Shown: positions 1 through 11,196 of the stretch, one piece after another
How positions within the stretch are numbered: the first letter of the stretch is position 1
How the letters are laid out: every line of letters starts with the position of its first letter
Origin: Escherichia phage vB_EcoS_Uz-1
Sequence record: OP312987.1
Reading direction: 5' to 3' (one strand)
Length of the DNA: 64,000 nucleotides
Position numbers and translations under genes: made by a program
The notes under the pieces: generated by a model
Seen by the model: only the letters and a program-made list of their open reading frames with translations
Told to the model about the DNA's origin: nothing
Databases searched by the model: none

Positions 1-2015
1 TCTATTTTTCTGTAGGTGTAGACTTGGGTGGATACAAAGTCATTTATGATAAGACTACTCAACGCGCTTACTCATTGCCCGTACTTCCAGTAGGAACCAC
101 TGCTGTAAGTCTTAGTGAACATGCAGTCTTGGTTCATTCGGCAGGTACAGTTGATTTGGGTGAACTGGCTGCTGCACGTAGAGAGTTTGTATGCTTATCT
201 GATTCATTTACTACGGGCTTAGTAGTAAATACTCGAAATGAGCTTTTGATGCATAATGGTATTGGTTATACCTACTTAGGTTCTCTACCCGTAACTATTG
301 TTGAAGGGGCCAACCCTGTTGGCAACACGGATTGGAAGTCCCAAACGGATCCTAATTTGCGTGCTCAGTTGGCATCTCAGGATGGTATGACTTTAATTGG
401 TAGTGTACCCGACGTAACTGCCCTGGCTTCTGTTGGAGCAACAGTAGGGTCTAGTATAATGCTAGATTCGTACTCAGGCTCTTCCGTTGGTGGGGGTATT
501 ATGATTGCGGTTCCTAATACTACTCCTGTAGATGAAGTTGTAACTTTCACCGGTGCAGGAGTGGTCTGGAAGCGTAAGTTCTTTGATGGCACTGCTACGG
601 TATACGATGCAGGTTATACTGGTACGGGGGATATTGCCCCATTCATTAACAAGGTAAACTCTGCCGGTTACGATTGTCTTGTACCTACATCAGGGACTAT
701 TAGTACACCTATCTTACTGGATGTAGCTAAGGGGGCTTTAGTAGGAGCCAATAAGTGTACCCTTACGGAAATGGAAGGTGTAACAGGAGAGTATTATTTA
801 ACCGTAATCAATTCTAATACAGATTACACAGCCCGTGATGCCATTAATGCTACTGCCCTATTAACAGGTATTTCCTTTGTAGGTAAAGGTACTCGAAAGA
901 TGTGCTTGGGCAGTAGTACTGGAGGGGAGATAGCAGAATTACGTATATCTAACTGCGGGTTTATATCTACCGCAGGTATTGAGTTTAAAGATAATGCATA
1001 CCGTATCCTGTTTGATAAGTGCACCATTTCTCGCAGTTTTACTAACTCTGTAATCTTTAATTCCCCGGTTAATGCTGGTGAGGTTATAAAATTCAACCAC
1101 TGCTGGATGGTTGATAATGGGGGTCCATTTACATTTGAGAATGGGCAGTTCATCTTTGATTCATGCTCATTACCAGCAGGTAAAAAGGCAGGCTACTTCG
1201 ATCCAGTAGTGGCATTAAGTGATAATGCTACCTTAGTATTTGCTAACGGTAATATTGAGTATCAACCCGGGCAGAGTTTTGTAGGCTTTACTGTGAGTGG
1301 AAGCTCACGCCTCAGTATTAAAGATTCTACTATTCTGCTTCCAGAAGGCTACAGTACAGTGCCTATTGTTAGTAATGGTGATGGGGTAGTTAGTTTAAAT
1401 AACTGCTCATTGCCCCTCTACGGTAACACAACGATTGCTACTGGATTTGCTACAAGACAGTTGATAGGCGGTGCAAGTAAAAAAGTAATGTCCAGAGGGT
1501 GCTTCCCTCGTGCAGGATTTATTACAACTAACTGGAATCTAGGGAGCATTGTAAGCCCATATATTAATAGTATTAGCAATGGCTCAGGACAGTTTGGAAA
1601 TACATCTAACTGGACACTCTCGCAAACTGGAACAGGTGCTGTCACTGCTACTACAGCAAATGATGTTCCTAACGATTTAATGTTTACAACTTCTTTTGTT
1701 TTATCTGTACCATCAGCAGATGCAGCAGCTAACTTCACTCAAACAATCATTGATTGTGAACCGGGTCGTTATTTTCAGTTTGGTTTTTGGGCTAAAAATA
1801 CAACAACCACCTTGGCGTCAATTAGATTCCTGGACCAGCAAGGAAATGCTGTTGCGGATTCCATAGGATATATCATTCCAGTAGTAAACACGTTCAACTT
1901 TTACGCTTTGGTGGATTGCGTTCCTCCAGGAGCTTACAAAGCTGAAATTAATTTTAATGTTTCTTCAGTTGTTGGAGGCGTCGTAATACACAATGCAGTT
2001 TATGGATTGATTTAA
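1..2015 (+). CDS. tail fiber/tailspike-like protein with beta-helix-type repeats; 5' end probably outside the window
   Basis: ORF track 24..2015 begins with TTG and the frame stays open to the window edge. Repetitive G/N/S/T-rich segments resemble a right-handed beta-helix. Sits at the distal end of the late structural module. Confidence 0.5.
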   Translation, partial: YFSVGVDLGGYKVIYDKTTQRAYSLPVLPVGTTAVSLSEHAVLVHSAGTVDLGELAAARREFVCLSDSFTTGLVVNTRNELLMHNGIGYTYLGSLPVTIVEGANPVGNTDWKSQTDPNLRAQLASQDGMTLIGSVPDVTALASVGATVGSSIMLDSYSGSSVGGGIMIAVPNTTPVDEVVTFTGAGVVWKRKFFDGTATVYDAGYTGTGDIAPFINKVNSAGYDCLVPTSGTISTPILLDVAKGALVGANKCTLTEMEGVTGEYYLTVINSNTDYTARDAINATALLTGISFVGKGTRKMCLGSSTGGEIAELRISNCGFISTAGIEFKDNAYRILFDKCTISRSFTNSVIFNSPVNAGEVIKFNHCWMVDNGGPFTFENGQFIFDSCSLPAGKKAGYFDPVVALSDNATLVFANGNIEYQPGQSFVGFTVSGSSRLSIKDSTILLPEGYSTVPIVSNGDGVVSLNNCSLPLYGNTTIATGFATRQLIGGASKKVMSRGCFPRAGFITTNWNLGSIVSPYINSISNGSGQFGNTSNWTLSQTGTGAVTATTANDVPNDLMFTTSFVLSVPSADAAANFTQTIIDCEPGRYFQFGFWAKNTTTTLASIRFLDQQGNAVADSIGYIIPVVNTFNFYALVDCVPPGAYKAEINFNVSSVVGGVVIHNAVYGLI

Positions 2016-2023
2016 TTAAAACT

Positions 2024-2047
2024 AAGGCCCAAACTGGGCCTTTTCTT
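2024..2047. terminator. bidirectional intrinsic terminator between convergent genes
   Basis: Hairpin AGGCCCA-AAC-TGGGCCT followed by TTTTCTT, lying between the stop at 2015 (+) and the stop at 2046 (-). Confidence 0.5.
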
Positions 2048-2672
2048 ATATAGAGTTTACTGTTTGCATTACCTCAACCGATACTGCTGTTAGGGTAATT
2101 ACTTGCCCGGATAAGTTAAACATACCCAACTGAATACCATCTACCATGAAAGGGTCAGATGAACCAAGTGTGTAAGTAGCTAGTACGTTATCCCTATTAG
2201 CTATGTCCGTACCCTGTACCTTAACACTAGTGTCTGAACCAACTACTGTAGTTCCATTGGTTCGTCTTGTTTGTGTTCTCCATTCTCTTGCTGTACCAGC
2301 ACCTCCTGTAATAGTTCCTGATATACGTACACTGAACATTACCTGGGTATTCCTGGTTCTAATAGGGAATTTAAGATTACCTCCTTCAATTGTTAATGCT
2401 GCTGTACCCCCAGGTGATTTAGTTATCCATGGTAATGAAAAGTAATTGAGCCAGGACTGGTCATTTACTACCTGGCTCCCGGTCCATGTATACAAGTCCA
2501 GAAGGAAAGTATCTTCTAACTCTGTTGGTGGGATGGGTAGTAGTTCAGGGGGAAGCTCTGAAACGTTATTAGCAGAAACTATTCGTTCCCCATAGCTTCC
2601 CACGACCAACAAACCACCCTTCATTTTGCACACAACATCCTTACCACTTTGGAAAATATCTTTAATAGACAT
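2046..2672 (-). CDS. hypothetical beta-rich protein encoded opposite to the late module
   Basis: ORF track 2046..2699; the more likely start is the second Met (MSIKDIF) at 2672. Convergent with the tail fiber gene and divergent from the lysis genes. Confidence 0.45.
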   Translation of the reverse strand: MSIKDIFQSGKDVVCKMKGGLLVVGSYGERIVSANNVSELPPELLPIPPTELEDTFLLDLYTWTGSQVVNDQSWLNYFSLPWITKSPGGTAALTIEGGNLKFPIRTRNTQVMFSVRISGTITGGAGTAREWRTQTRRTNGTTVVGSDTSVKVQGTDIANRDNVLATYTLGSSDPFMVDGIQLGMFNLSGQVITLTAVSVEVMQTVNSI

Positions 2673-2796
2673 AGATACCTCGTAGTTGATACCAGACACT
2701 ATGTCTGGATGTACTCCATCATACTAAGTATTATCTAAGAGTCATCTTATGATACGACCCTATTGGGGTTTCTAACTTTACAACTACGGTAATATT

Positions 2797-3126
2797 ATGA
2801 ATGAATCGGGTGAACTGCTCCTAGTCAGACTGGAGGAACGATTGAAGACTCTGTTTGAGAACCATACAAGGGAAAGGCAGGACCGTGAGAAACTGGAGGA
2901 AACTCTGGTGGAACTACGGGATTCAATCAATGACATAGGCAATAGACTGAAAAATGTGGAAGAGAGCATCACTAAGTCTGAACCCACCATTGAAGAGTTC
3001 ATCACCATTAAACATAAGGTTGCTGGTGCTGGGATTTTTGGTAAGTGGGTATGGGCTGGAGCAGGTGCAATTATTGGTGTATTGGCTGCTGCAAGACGGG
3101 AGATATTCGCATGGTTCGCAGGCTAA
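2797..3126 (+). CDS. membrane protein with coiled-coil N-terminus and C-terminal TM helix; holin/antiholin candidate
   Basis: 109-aa ORF with a charged N-terminal half and a G/A-rich hydrophobic C-terminus (AGAGIFGKWVWAGAGAIIGVLAA). Immediately upstream of the holin-like gene and endolysin. Confidence 0.4.
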   Translation: MNESGELLLVRLEERLKTLFENHTRERQDREKLEETLVELRDSINDIGNRLKNVEESITKSEPTIEEFITIKHKVAGAGIFGKWVWAGAGAIIGVLAAARREIFAWFAG

Positions 3127-3371
3127 AAAGAAAAGTAGAGTTAGTACCTAACTGGAAAAGATGCTGGAAGTGGGCATCCATTCAGATTAGTACATTTGGG
3201 TTAATTATGTTTTCTGCTATAGATATCATTCAACCAATGCTGACAGGATTACCCCGTCACATCCTAGAAGACATTCCCCATGGTTCAAATATTGCAATCG
3301 CACTCTTTGCCTTAAACATCATAGGCAGATTAATACGATTCCGACCAAAGGAAGATTCACATGAAAGCTAA
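3111..3371 (+). CDS. holin-like protein with two TM helices
   Basis: Start re-derived as ATG 3111 with GGGAGA 7 nt upstream (track ORF starts at 3045). Two hydrophobic helices and a charged C-terminus, directly before the muramidase gene. Confidence 0.4.
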   Translation: MVRRLKRKVELVPNWKRCWKWASIQISTFGLIMFSAIDIIQPMLTGLPRHILEDIPHGSNIAIALFALNIIGRLIRFRPKEDSHES

Positions 3372-3996
3372 ACAGAAACTTGCTGCTAAAGGTGGTGCAG
3401 TGGGAGGAGTTGTCGCTGCTATCCTGGGGGCAGTGTTCTATATGGAAGGGGGATATGTAAATAATCCCCGTGACCCAGGTGGGGAAACTAATCATGGTAT
3501 TACCCAATCGGTAGCTAAGACTCATAAAGAAGTTCTGGCTACTGAGTACGGTTGGGATGGTTCTATGAAGGGTTTATCTAAAGAGATGGCTGCTGAGATA
3601 TACATTGATGACTACGTACTCAAACCTAACTTCGTAGCCTTCGCTGATATATCCCCTGCTGTAACACATAAGCTGGTAGATGCTGGTGTTAACACTGGTG
3701 TAACCCGTCCGGCTAAGTGGTTACAGTTATCTCTTAATGAAATGTCCCGTGATGGCAAAGACTACCCTAAAATACAGGTTGATGGTAAAGTCGGTACAAG
3801 TACTGTTAATGCATATAAAGCATTACAGAAAAAACGAGGCAAAGTTGCAGCATGTCAGGTAATGATTAAGCTGCTTGATGCTAAACAACTGAACCACTAT
3901 ACCTCATTAAACATGCCAGACTTTACGTATGGTTGGGTAGCTAACCGAATTGGCAATGTGCCACTGGAGGCATGTAATGAAGATGCTAATCTCTAA
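3361..3996 (+). CDS. endolysin, N-acetylmuramidase (GH108-like) with N-terminal signal-anchor (SAR-type)
   Basis: EGGYVNNPRDPGGETNHGIT motif typical of GH108 muramidases. N-terminal G/A-rich hydrophobic segment GGAVGGVVAAILGAVFY. AAGGAAG RBS before ATG 3361. Confidence 0.7.
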   Translation: MKAKQKLAAKGGAVGGVVAAILGAVFYMEGGYVNNPRDPGGETNHGITQSVAKTHKEVLATEYGWDGSMKGLSKEMAAEIYIDDYVLKPNFVAFADISPAVTHKLVDAGVNTGVTRPAKWLQLSLNEMSRDGKDYPKIQVDGKVGTSTVNAYKALQKKRGKVAACQVMIKLLDAKQLNHYTSLNMPDFTYGWVANRIGNVPLEACNEDANL

Positions 3997-4483
3997 AGGT
4001 TGGCCTTATCTTCTGGTGGTGGTCCTTGGGGCCACCATTTACTTTTGGGGTAATTCCAATGGACAGTCTACTGTTCAAAAGAAGTGGGATGCCCAAAAGG
4101 TTGAAGACCAGAAGGCAACGCAAAAACTACAGGATAAATACAATGCTCTCCAAAGAAACCATAGTTATGAAGTCGGGTTACTTACTTCCCGGTTGCAGAC
4201 GGCTGAGAGTAATTACGCAAGTGAGCTTGCTCGCGTTAGCAGTGATTACGACAGCCGGATGCAACAGTCTGAAAGACGAGCATCGGTATATAAACGTCAA
4301 GCCGAAGCCGGAACCCTTGAGTGCAGAAGTCTTGCAAGCCATGCAGCCAGACTCGACAACAGTCTTGAAGAAGGCAGACGTTTGGTTGAAGAACTCCGGG
4401 CAACTGTTAGACTCCGTGACAACCAACTAATTGAGTTGGGTAAACAAATTCAGGCTGACCGTAAACTTTTTGAACAGGAATAA
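3977..4483 (+). CDS. i-spanin (Rz-like): N-terminal TM plus coiled coil
   Basis: Start re-derived at ATG 3977 with GGAGG 6 nt upstream. N-terminal TM ([13 protein letters not shown]) then a long Q/R/E-rich predicted helix. Contains an embedded +1 frame lipoprotein ORF. Confidence 0.6.
   Translation: MKMLISKGWPYLLVVVLGATIYFWGNSNGQSTVQKKWDAQKVEDQKATQKLQDKYNALQRNHSYEVGLLTSRLQTAESNYASELARVSSDYDSRMQQSERRASVYKRQAEAGTLECRSLASHAARLDNSLEEGRRLVEELRATVRLRDNQLIELGKQIQADRKLFEQE
4167..4430 (+). CDS. o-spanin (Rz1-like) lipoprotein embedded in the i-spanin gene
   Basis: +1 frame ORF wholly inside the i-spanin. [32 protein letters not shown] reads as a signal peptide with a lipobox-like TAGC. Start taken as ATG 4167 within track ORF 4026..4430. 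Confidence 0.55.
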   Translation: MKSGYLLPGCRRLRVITQVSLLALAVITTAGCNSLKDEHRYINVKPKPEPLSAEVLQAMQPDSTTVLKKADVWLKNSGQLLDSVTTN

Positions 4484-4485
4484 CT

Positions 4486-6756
4486 ATGGAACACCAAGAC
4501 ACTTTTAAGCCTTTACCAGACCCGGCTCAATCAGATAAGTTAACGGACTGGAAGAAGGAACCAAGTATCCAATTACTGAAGGGTGATTTGGAATCTGCTA
4601 AACCTGCTCACGATGCAATCATGGCACAGATTCGTGAGTGGAATGACTTAATGGAAGTTAAGGGTAAGGCTAAACCCCCAAAGGTTAAAGGACGCTCACA
4701 AGTCCAACCCAGACTGGTTCGCCGTCAGGCAGAGTGGCGATATGCTCCATTGTCTGAGCCGTTCCTCTCATCTAATAAACTCTTTAAGGTAACTCCGGTT
4801 ACTTTTGAAGATGAGTTAGCTGCTCGTCAGAATGAACTAGTCCTTAACTACCAATTCCGTACTCAGCTTAATAAAGTAAAACTGGTAGATGATTACGTGC
4901 ATAGTGTCGTAGATGACGGTACTGGTATTGCTCGTATTGGTTGGGAACGTAAGACTGTTAAGATTAAAACGGAAACTCCAGTCTTCCAGTTGTATCCTAT
5001 TGAGAACCAGGAACAAGCAGATGTTCTTCAGCAGGCTTTGCAGCTTCAGGCAGAGAATCCTCGTGAGTATGACGAAACAATGCCAGAAGATATTAAGGAA
5101 GCTGTTAACTACTTCAATGAAACTGGGGAAGCTACTTACGCAATCCAGACAGGAGTTACTGAAGTAGAAGTAGAGAAAGCACTGGTTAACAGACCTACCG
5201 TTGAGATGCTTAACCCTAATAATGTAGTTATTGACCCAAGCTGTAATGGTGATTTGGATAAGGCTCTGTATGCAGTTATCTCCTTTGAAACTTGCAAAGC
5301 AGACCTTATGAAAAACAAAGACCGTTATCACAATCTGGATAAGATTGACTGGGAGAGTTCCAGTCCCATTACTGACCCAGACCATGAAAGTAAAACTCCT
5401 AGCGACTTCCAGTTTAAGGATGCTCTGCGTAAGAAAGTAGTTGCTTATGAGTACTGGGGATTCTACGACATTAATGATGACGGTTCCCTGGAACCAATTG
5501 TTGCTACCTGGATTGGTTCTACTCTTATTCGTATGGAGAAGAACCCATTCCCGGATGGCAAGTTACCATTGGTAGTTGTTCCTTACATGCCACGTAAACG
5601 TGAACTTTACGGTGAAGCTGATGCTGAACTCTTGGGTGATAACCAAGCAATCCTTGGTGCAACTATACGTGGGATGATTGACTTGTTGGGCCGAAGTGCA
5701 AATGGGCAACGTGGTTACCCTAAAGGGATGTTAGATACTCTGAACCGACGTCGATATGATGATGGACAAGACTATGAATATAACCCAATGCAGGGTAATC
5801 CTAGTCAGTCCATTATGGAACACAAGTTTCCTGAGTTACCACAGTCGGCAATAGTGATGACTCAGATGCAAAACCAGGAAGCAGAAGCATTAACTGGGGT
5901 TAAGGCATTCTCCGGTGGTGTAACTGGTTCAGCTTACGGTGATGTTGCTGCTGGTATTCGTGGTGCACTTGATGCAGCATCCAAACGTGAGATGGCAATC
6001 CTTCGTCGATTAGCTAAGGGTATGGCAGACATTGGTACTAAAATTTGTGCAATGAATGCTGTGTTCTTATCTGAGAAAGAAGTAGTACGTATTACTAACG
6101 AGCAGTATGTAGAGATTAACCGTGAAGATCTTAAAGGTAATTTCGACATTGAGGTTGATATTAATACTGCTGAAATTGATAACCAGAAATCCCAGGACTT
6201 AAGCTTCATGGTTCAAACGTTAGGTAATACAGTTGACCAGACTATTACGTTATCCCTTGTAGCTAAGATTGCAGAACTTAAACGTATGCCAGACCTTGCA
6301 CATGAGTTACGTACATGGCAACCACAACCAGACCCTATGGAAGAACAGCTTAAGCAATTGGCAATTCAGAAAGCACAGCTTGAGAATGAAGAGTTGCAAA
6401 GTAAGATTGCACTCAATATGGCTAAGGCTAAAGAGGCTGCTTCTAGTGGTGACCTTAAAGACCTGGATTATCTGGAGCAAGAATCTGGTACTAAACATGC
6501 TCGTGATATGGAGAAACAAAAAGCACAATCCCAAGGAAACCAGAACCTTCAGATAACTAAGGCGTTGACAACACCTACTAAAGAAGGTGAAACTACCCCC
6601 AACATATCTGCTGCTGTTGGATATAACGCTTTGACTAATGGGAACTCTATACCAGAACGTGATTTAGCTGCTCAGCAAGACCCAGCTTATTCGCTTAGTT
6701 CCCAATACTATGACCCTAGCCAAGACCCAGCATCGGCTCTTGGCATGAACTTGTAA
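4486..6756 (+). CDS. portal protein (N4 gp59-like by size and position)
   Basis: 756-aa ORF directly after the lysis cassette and upstream of scaffold and capsid genes; size matches N4-like portal proteins. No motif search run. Confidence 0.6.
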   Translation: MEHQDTFKPLPDPAQSDKLTDWKKEPSIQLLKGDLESAKPAHDAIMAQIREWNDLMEVKGKAKPPKVKGRSQVQPRLVRRQAEWRYAPLSEPFLSSNKLFKVTPVTFEDELAARQNELVLNYQFRTQLNKVKLVDDYVHSVVDDGTGIARIGWERKTVKIKTETPVFQLYPIENQEQADVLQQALQLQAENPREYDETMPEDIKEAVNYFNETGEATYAIQTGVTEVEVEKALVNRPTVEMLNPNNVVIDPSCNGDLDKALYAVISFETCKADLMKNKDRYHNLDKIDWESSSPITDPDHESKTPSDFQFKDALRKKVVAYEYWGFYDINDDGSLEPIVATWIGSTLIRMEKNPFPDGKLPLVVVPYMPRKRELYGEADAELLGDNQAILGATIRGMIDLLGRSANGQRGYPKGMLDTLNRRRYDDGQDYEYNPMQGNPSQSIMEHKFPELPQSAIVMTQMQNQEAEALTGVKAFSGGVTGSAYGDVAAGIRGALDAASKREMAILRRLAKGMADIGTKICAMNAVFLSEKEVVRITNEQYVEINREDLKGNFDIEVDINTAEIDNQKSQDLSFMVQTLGNTVDQTITLSLVAKIAELKRMPDLAHELRTWQPQPDPMEEQLKQLAIQKAQLENEELQSKIALNMAKAKEAASSGDLKDLDYLEQESGTKHARDMEKQKAQSQGNQNLQITKALTTPTKEGETTPNISAAVGYNALTNGNSIPERDLAAQQDPAYSLSSQYYDPSQDPASALGMNL

Positions 6757-6769
6757 GGCAGACCTTCAT

Positions 6770-7114
6770 ATGAGTAAAGAATCAACAATCGCTGGACTGG
6801 AACATCGACTGGAAGCTGCTAAAGGTGCAGTTGCACATGCAGAAGATGTACGTAAACTTCTGGAGAATCCACTGTTCCGTAAAGTAATTCTTCGCCAGTT
6901 CTGTGTGGAAGATTGTGCACGTTACGTGCAAGAGTCTGGTGACCCACTGCTTGAACCAAATAACCGTGCAGATGCATTGAACATGGCTCAAGCTGCTGGT
7001 CACTTACGTCGTTGGCTCGACCTCGCCATTCGTATGGGCGAAAACGAAGCTGACGTTATTCTACAGGTAGAAGAAGAACTCGACGCAGTTCGTGCTGAAC
7101 CTGAAGACGAATAA
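6770..7114 (+). CDS. hypothetical head-module protein
   Basis: 114-aa ORF between portal and scaffold-like genes, tightly packed on the same strand. Confidence 0.45.
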   Translation: MSKESTIAGLEHRLEAAKGAVAHAEDVRKLLENPLFRKVILRQFCVEDCARYVQESGDPLLEPNNRADALNMAQAAGHLRRWLDLAIRMGENEADVILQVEEELDAVRAEPEDE

Positions 7115-7133
7115 TTAACCGGAGATATTTCCT

Positions 7134-8354
7134 ATGACTACGGAAGCTGCAACCACAGCTTCCGACATTCTCGCAATGTCGGATGATGAGATTCTGAATA
7201 TGGAAGCCCCAGCAATTATTGCTGAGGAAGATACTTCCACTCAGAACAACCCAGAAACCAACGGCGTACAGGCTCCTGAAGAAGAAGTTGACACCCCTGC
7301 TGTTGAAGACCTACCAACCGAAGAAACCTCCCCCGAAGCCGAACCAGATGAAGAAGATTCAGCAAATCCTTTAACTTCTGATAAAGTTGATGATAAAGTT
7401 GTTGACACAGAAGTTGATAGTAACGGCGAGCCGATTACTAAAGCTGAACCTTCTACTACTGAACCAGGCCAGGAACAGGAAGAAGAAGGCAAACAGTCTG
7501 AAGGTCTGCCTGCTGACTTCAACTATAAGGAAGGTTACGAGAAGTTGATGGCTCCTTTTAAAGCTAACGGCAAAGTGATTACTCCCCGTTCACCGGAGGA
7601 GGCCATTAGCCTGATGCAGATGGGTGCTAACTATACTCGTAAGATGCAAGAACTAAAGCCTTACCGTAAGGTAATGCTGATGTTACAGAACAACGGTTTA
7701 ATGGATGAGGATAAACTTTCTTTCCTGATTGATCTGGATAAAAAGAATCCTGAAGCTATTAAGAAGTTGCTCAAAGACTCTGGTACAGACCCTCTGGATT
7801 TTAACCCAGATGAGGAAATTAACTACCAGGGTGGCAATCACCGTGTTACCGACACCGAAGCAGATTTTGCAACCGAAATTGACGACTTAAAGTCTACTCA
7901 AGAAGGACAAGCTACATTAGGTGTTATCGGCTCGACATGGGATGCTGCCAGTAAAGATGCTCTTTACCAGAATCGTGGCCTACTTCAGACTATTCACGAA
8001 CAACGTGAGAATGGTATTTATGACACCATTGCAAACGAAGTGAACCGTCTTCAGATGTTAGGCCAGATTCCGGTAGGTACTCCGTTCATTCAGGCTTATA
8101 ACCACGTCGGTAACCTCCTTGCACAGCAAGGGGCATTTAACCGAGTGACTAAGCCTGAACCGGTACAAGCAGTTAAACCAGTAGTTCAGCCGGTAGTGCG
8201 TGTAGCACAACCTAAGCAGACTCTGGCTAACAGTGAGCAAGCTAAAGCAGCTTCCCTTAATCGGGCTGCTACACGTAAAGCTACACCTATTGTAAACCCA
8301 CTCGCTATGAGTGATGAAGATTTCGCTAAACTCCCAGTACCGGGTAGTCTTTAA
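7134..8354 (+). CDS. putative scaffolding protein
   Basis: 406-aa ORF immediately upstream of the capsid gene with a highly acidic, low-complexity N-terminal region (E/D/P/T-rich). Confidence 0.4.
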   Translation: MTTEAATTASDILAMSDDEILNMEAPAIIAEEDTSTQNNPETNGVQAPEEEVDTPAVEDLPTEETSPEAEPDEEDSANPLTSDKVDDKVVDTEVDSNGEPITKAEPSTTEPGQEQEEEGKQSEGLPADFNYKEGYEKLMAPFKANGKVITPRSPEEAISLMQMGANYTRKMQELKPYRKVMLMLQNNGLMDEDKLSFLIDLDKKNPEAIKKLLKDSGTDPLDFNPDEEINYQGGNHRVTDTEADFATEIDDLKSTQEGQATLGVIGSTWDAASKDALYQNRGLLQTIHEQRENGIYDTIANEVNRLQMLGQIPVGTPFIQAYNHVGNLLAQQGAFNRVTKPEPVQAVKPVVQPVVRVAQPKQTLANSEQAKAASLNRAATRKATPIVNPLAMSDEDFAKLPVPGSL

Positions 8355-8370
8355 ACAGGAATAAGATGAT

Positions 8371-9573
8371 ATGTTAAACTATAACGCCCCAATTGACGGC
8401 CAGAAATCTAGCATTGATGGTGCTGGTTCCGACCAGATGAATACCTATTACTGGCTGAAGAAAGCTATTATTCAGTCTCGTAAAGATCAGTACTTCATGC
8501 CACTGGCTAACACCATTAACATGCCGAAGAACTATGGCAAGACTGTTAAGGTGTATGAGTACGTTCCGCTGCTTGACGATAAGAACATTAACGACCAGGG
8601 TATTGATGCCAACGGTGCTACCATTGTTAATGGTAACCTGTACGGTTCTTCCAGAGACGTTGGTAACATCACCTCTAAACTGCCTCTGCTGACAGAGAAT
8701 GGTGGTCGTGTTAACCGTGTAGGCTTTACTCGTCTGTCTCGTGAAGGTTCCATCCATAAGTTTGGTTTCTTCTACGAATTTACTCAAGAGTCCCTGGACT
8801 TTGATTCTGATGACCAACTGAAAGAACACCTGTCTCGTGAGCTGATGAACGGTGCTGTACAGTTGACTGAAGCTGTTCTCCAGAAAGACCTGTTGGCTGC
8901 TGCTGGTACTGTACTGTATGCAGGTGCTGCTACCTCTGATGCTACCATCACTGGTGAAGGTGCTACCCCGTCTGTAGTTTCTTATAAGAACCTGATGCGT
9001 CTTGACCAGATTCTTACTGAGAACCGTACTCCGACTCAGACTACTATCATCACTGGTTCTAAACTTACTGATACCAAAGTACTCGGTGGTACTCGTGTAA
9101 TGTACGTTGGTTCTGAACTGGTTCCAGAACTGAAAGCGATGAAAGACCTGTTCGGTAACAAAGCATTCATCGAGGTTCAGCACTATGCTGATGCTGGTAC
9201 TCTGATGAATGGTGAGATTGGTTGTATCGACAAGTTCCGTATTATCCAGGTTCCTGAGATGCTGCATTGGGCAGGTGCTGGTGCTCAGGTTACTACTAAC
9301 CCGGGTTATCGTTCTTCTATGGTTAGTGGTCAAGAACACTACGACGTATTCCCAATGTTGGTAGTTGGTGATGACTCCTTCTCTACTATTGGCTTCCAGA
9401 CTGATGGTAAGTCTGTTAAGTTCTCCATCATGACTAAGATGCCTGGTCGAGAAACTGCTGACCGTAATGACCCGTATGGTGAGACTGGCTTCAGTTCCAT
9501 CAAGTGGTACTACGGTATCCTGGTTAAACGTCCGGAACGTCTGGCTCTGATTAAGACTGTTGCTCCTCTGTAA
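8371..9573 (+). CDS. major capsid protein (N4 gp56-like by size and position)
   Basis: 400-aa ORF after the scaffold-like gene, followed by a strong intrinsic terminator; size matches N4-like major capsid proteins. Confidence 0.6.
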   Translation: MLNYNAPIDGQKSSIDGAGSDQMNTYYWLKKAIIQSRKDQYFMPLANTINMPKNYGKTVKVYEYVPLLDDKNINDQGIDANGATIVNGNLYGSSRDVGNITSKLPLLTENGGRVNRVGFTRLSREGSIHKFGFFYEFTQESLDFDSDDQLKEHLSRELMNGAVQLTEAVLQKDLLAAAGTVLYAGAATSDATITGEGATPSVVSYKNLMRLDQILTENRTPTQTTIITGSKLTDTKVLGGTRVMYVGSELVPELKAMKDLFGNKAFIEVQHYADAGTLMNGEIGCIDKFRIIQVPEMLHWAGAGAQVTTNPGYRSSMVSGQEHYDVFPMLVVGDDSFSTIGFQTDGKSVKFSIMTKMPGRETADRNDPYGETGFSSIKWYYGILVKRPERLALIKTVAPL

Positions 9574-9589
9574 TAGTCCTAAATAAAAC

Positions 9590-9615
9590 GAGGGGGACTT
9601 ATGTCCCCCTCTTAA
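9590..9615 (+). terminator. intrinsic terminator after the capsid gene
   Basis: Perfect 9-bp GC-rich stem GAGGGGGAC-TTAT-GTCCCCCTC followed by TTAAC. Confidence 0.5.
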
Positions 9616-9640
9616 CAAAACTAATTGAACCACAGGAAAT

Positions 9641-10282
9641 ATGAACATGAGCATTAACGATAAACCGACCACTGACGTAGAACTGGGCGTACAGGGCAAC
9701 GAAGATACCGTTAACGATATTGCAATGCCTAGCGAACTTGAAGTTCTTAAGCAACGTGCAACGTTGATGAATATTAAGTTCTCTAACAACATCTCCGTTG
9801 AGAAACTCCGTGAGAAGATTGAAGCTGCACAAGCAAAAGATGAACCAGAAGTAAAAGAAGCTGCTGTTAACCCTTTAGGCGAAAAACAAGAAGCTGGTGT
9901 TAAGAAAATGACTCTGGGTCAGAAGATTCGTGCAGAGCAGACTCGACTGATTCGTGTACGTATTCAGAACCTTGACCCTAAGAAGAAAGATCTGCCAGGT
10001 GAGATTATCACCGTAGCTAACGAATATATGGGTACTGTACGTAAGTTTGTTCCATTCGGTGAAGTCACCGACAATGGTTATCATATTCCGTACTGTATCT
10101 ACGAGTTCCTTAAAGAACGTAAGTTCATCAACATTACGACTCGTAAAGGTAAGAATGGCTTACCGGATATCCGTGCAACAGAAGCACGAGAGTTCTCCAT
10201 TGAAGTATTGCCTCCGCTGACTGAAGCAGAATTGGCTCAACTGGCTCAAGCACAGATTGCTGCTGGTAGCCTGAACGATTAA
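9641..10282 (+). CDS. hypothetical virion-module protein
   Basis: 213-aa ORF in the structural gene block on the late strand. Confidence 0.45.
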   Translation: MNMSINDKPTTDVELGVQGNEDTVNDIAMPSELEVLKQRATLMNIKFSNNISVEKLREKIEAAQAKDEPEVKEAAVNPLGEKQEAGVKKMTLGQKIRAEQTRLIRVRIQNLDPKKKDLPGEIITVANEYMGTVRKFVPFGEVTDNGYHIPYCIYEFLKERKFINITTRKGKNGLPDIRATEAREFSIEVLPPLTEAELAQLAQAQIAAGSLND

Positions 10283-10300
10283 CGTATAAGCTACAGTTCA

Positions 10301-10338
10301 ACACGGCTCACTGGGGTAACTCCGTGGGCCGTTTCTTT
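10301..10338 (+). terminator. candidate intrinsic terminator
   Basis: ACGGC ... GCCGT stem enclosing a structured loop, followed by TTTCTTTTT. Confidence 0.35.
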
Positions 10339-10352
10339 TTGAACCAAGAGGA

Positions 10353-11195
10353 ATGATTATGTCTTGTTCTGCTGAGGTAGAAGCTAACCGACTCCTAGAA
10401 GAGTTGACTAAGGGTGATGACTTTACCCTTCCCGATGTTGATATGACTGGTCCCGAATGGGATATCCCTGGTGGGGATGATTCTCCAATCTTTGGTGCTA
10501 TTGATAAAATATCCAACGAATCTCTTACTACTCGAGAAGTGGGTGGTAGTGGTACGTTTGATGCATTAATGGAATCTGCTCACAATCATCTTAAAGCTGA
10601 GTTTAAAGCTAACCGTATTACTGGTGGTGAATATACCAAAGCATACATTGCTATGATGGAATCTTGCATGAGCAATGCTGTTCAGTTCTTACTTGGTCGT
10701 GACCAGGCATACTGGGCTGCTGCTATGGCACAGATTCAAGCAGTTACTGCTCGTGTTCAACTGGCAACGTCTAAAGCACAGTTTGTGCTGGCTAAGATTC
10801 AGGCACTGTCTGCTAAGAGTGAGTATGCTCTTACTAAGATGAAGATTGCTACTGAGTCTGAAACGTACTGTGCTGCACTGTTTAACGCTAACCAGATGTT
10901 ACCTCAACAGCTTAAATTGCTTACTGAGCAGACTGAAGCACAACGTGCACAGACACTTGATACCCGTAGTGATGGAGCTACTGTTACTGGTTCTGTAGGT
11001 AAACAGAAAGAGTTGTACTCACAACAGATTACTTCTTACCAACGTGATGCAGAAGTTAAAGCATCCAAGCTGTTTACTGATGCATGGATTACTCAGAAGA
11101 CTATTGATGAAGGCTTGAATCCACCTAATGGTTTCACTAATGCAAGTATTGATACCATTCTGACCAAGCTGAAGTCTAACAACGGGCTGAACTAA
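10353..11195 (+). CDS. hypothetical virion protein
   Basis: 280-aa ORF in the structural block; helical, Q/A-rich. Confidence 0.45.
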   Translation: MIMSCSAEVEANRLLEELTKGDDFTLPDVDMTGPEWDIPGGDDSPIFGAIDKISNESLTTREVGGSGTFDALMESAHNHLKAEFKANRITGGEYTKAYIAMMESCMSNAVQFLLGRDQAYWAAAMAQIQAVTARVQLATSKAQFVLAKIQALSAKSEYALTKMKIATESETYCAALFNANQMLPQQLKLLTEQTEAQRAQTLDTRSDGATVTGSVGKQKELYSQQITSYQRDAEVKASKLFTDAWITQKTIDEGLNPPNGFTNASIDTILTKLKSNNGLN

Positions 11196-11196
11196 T

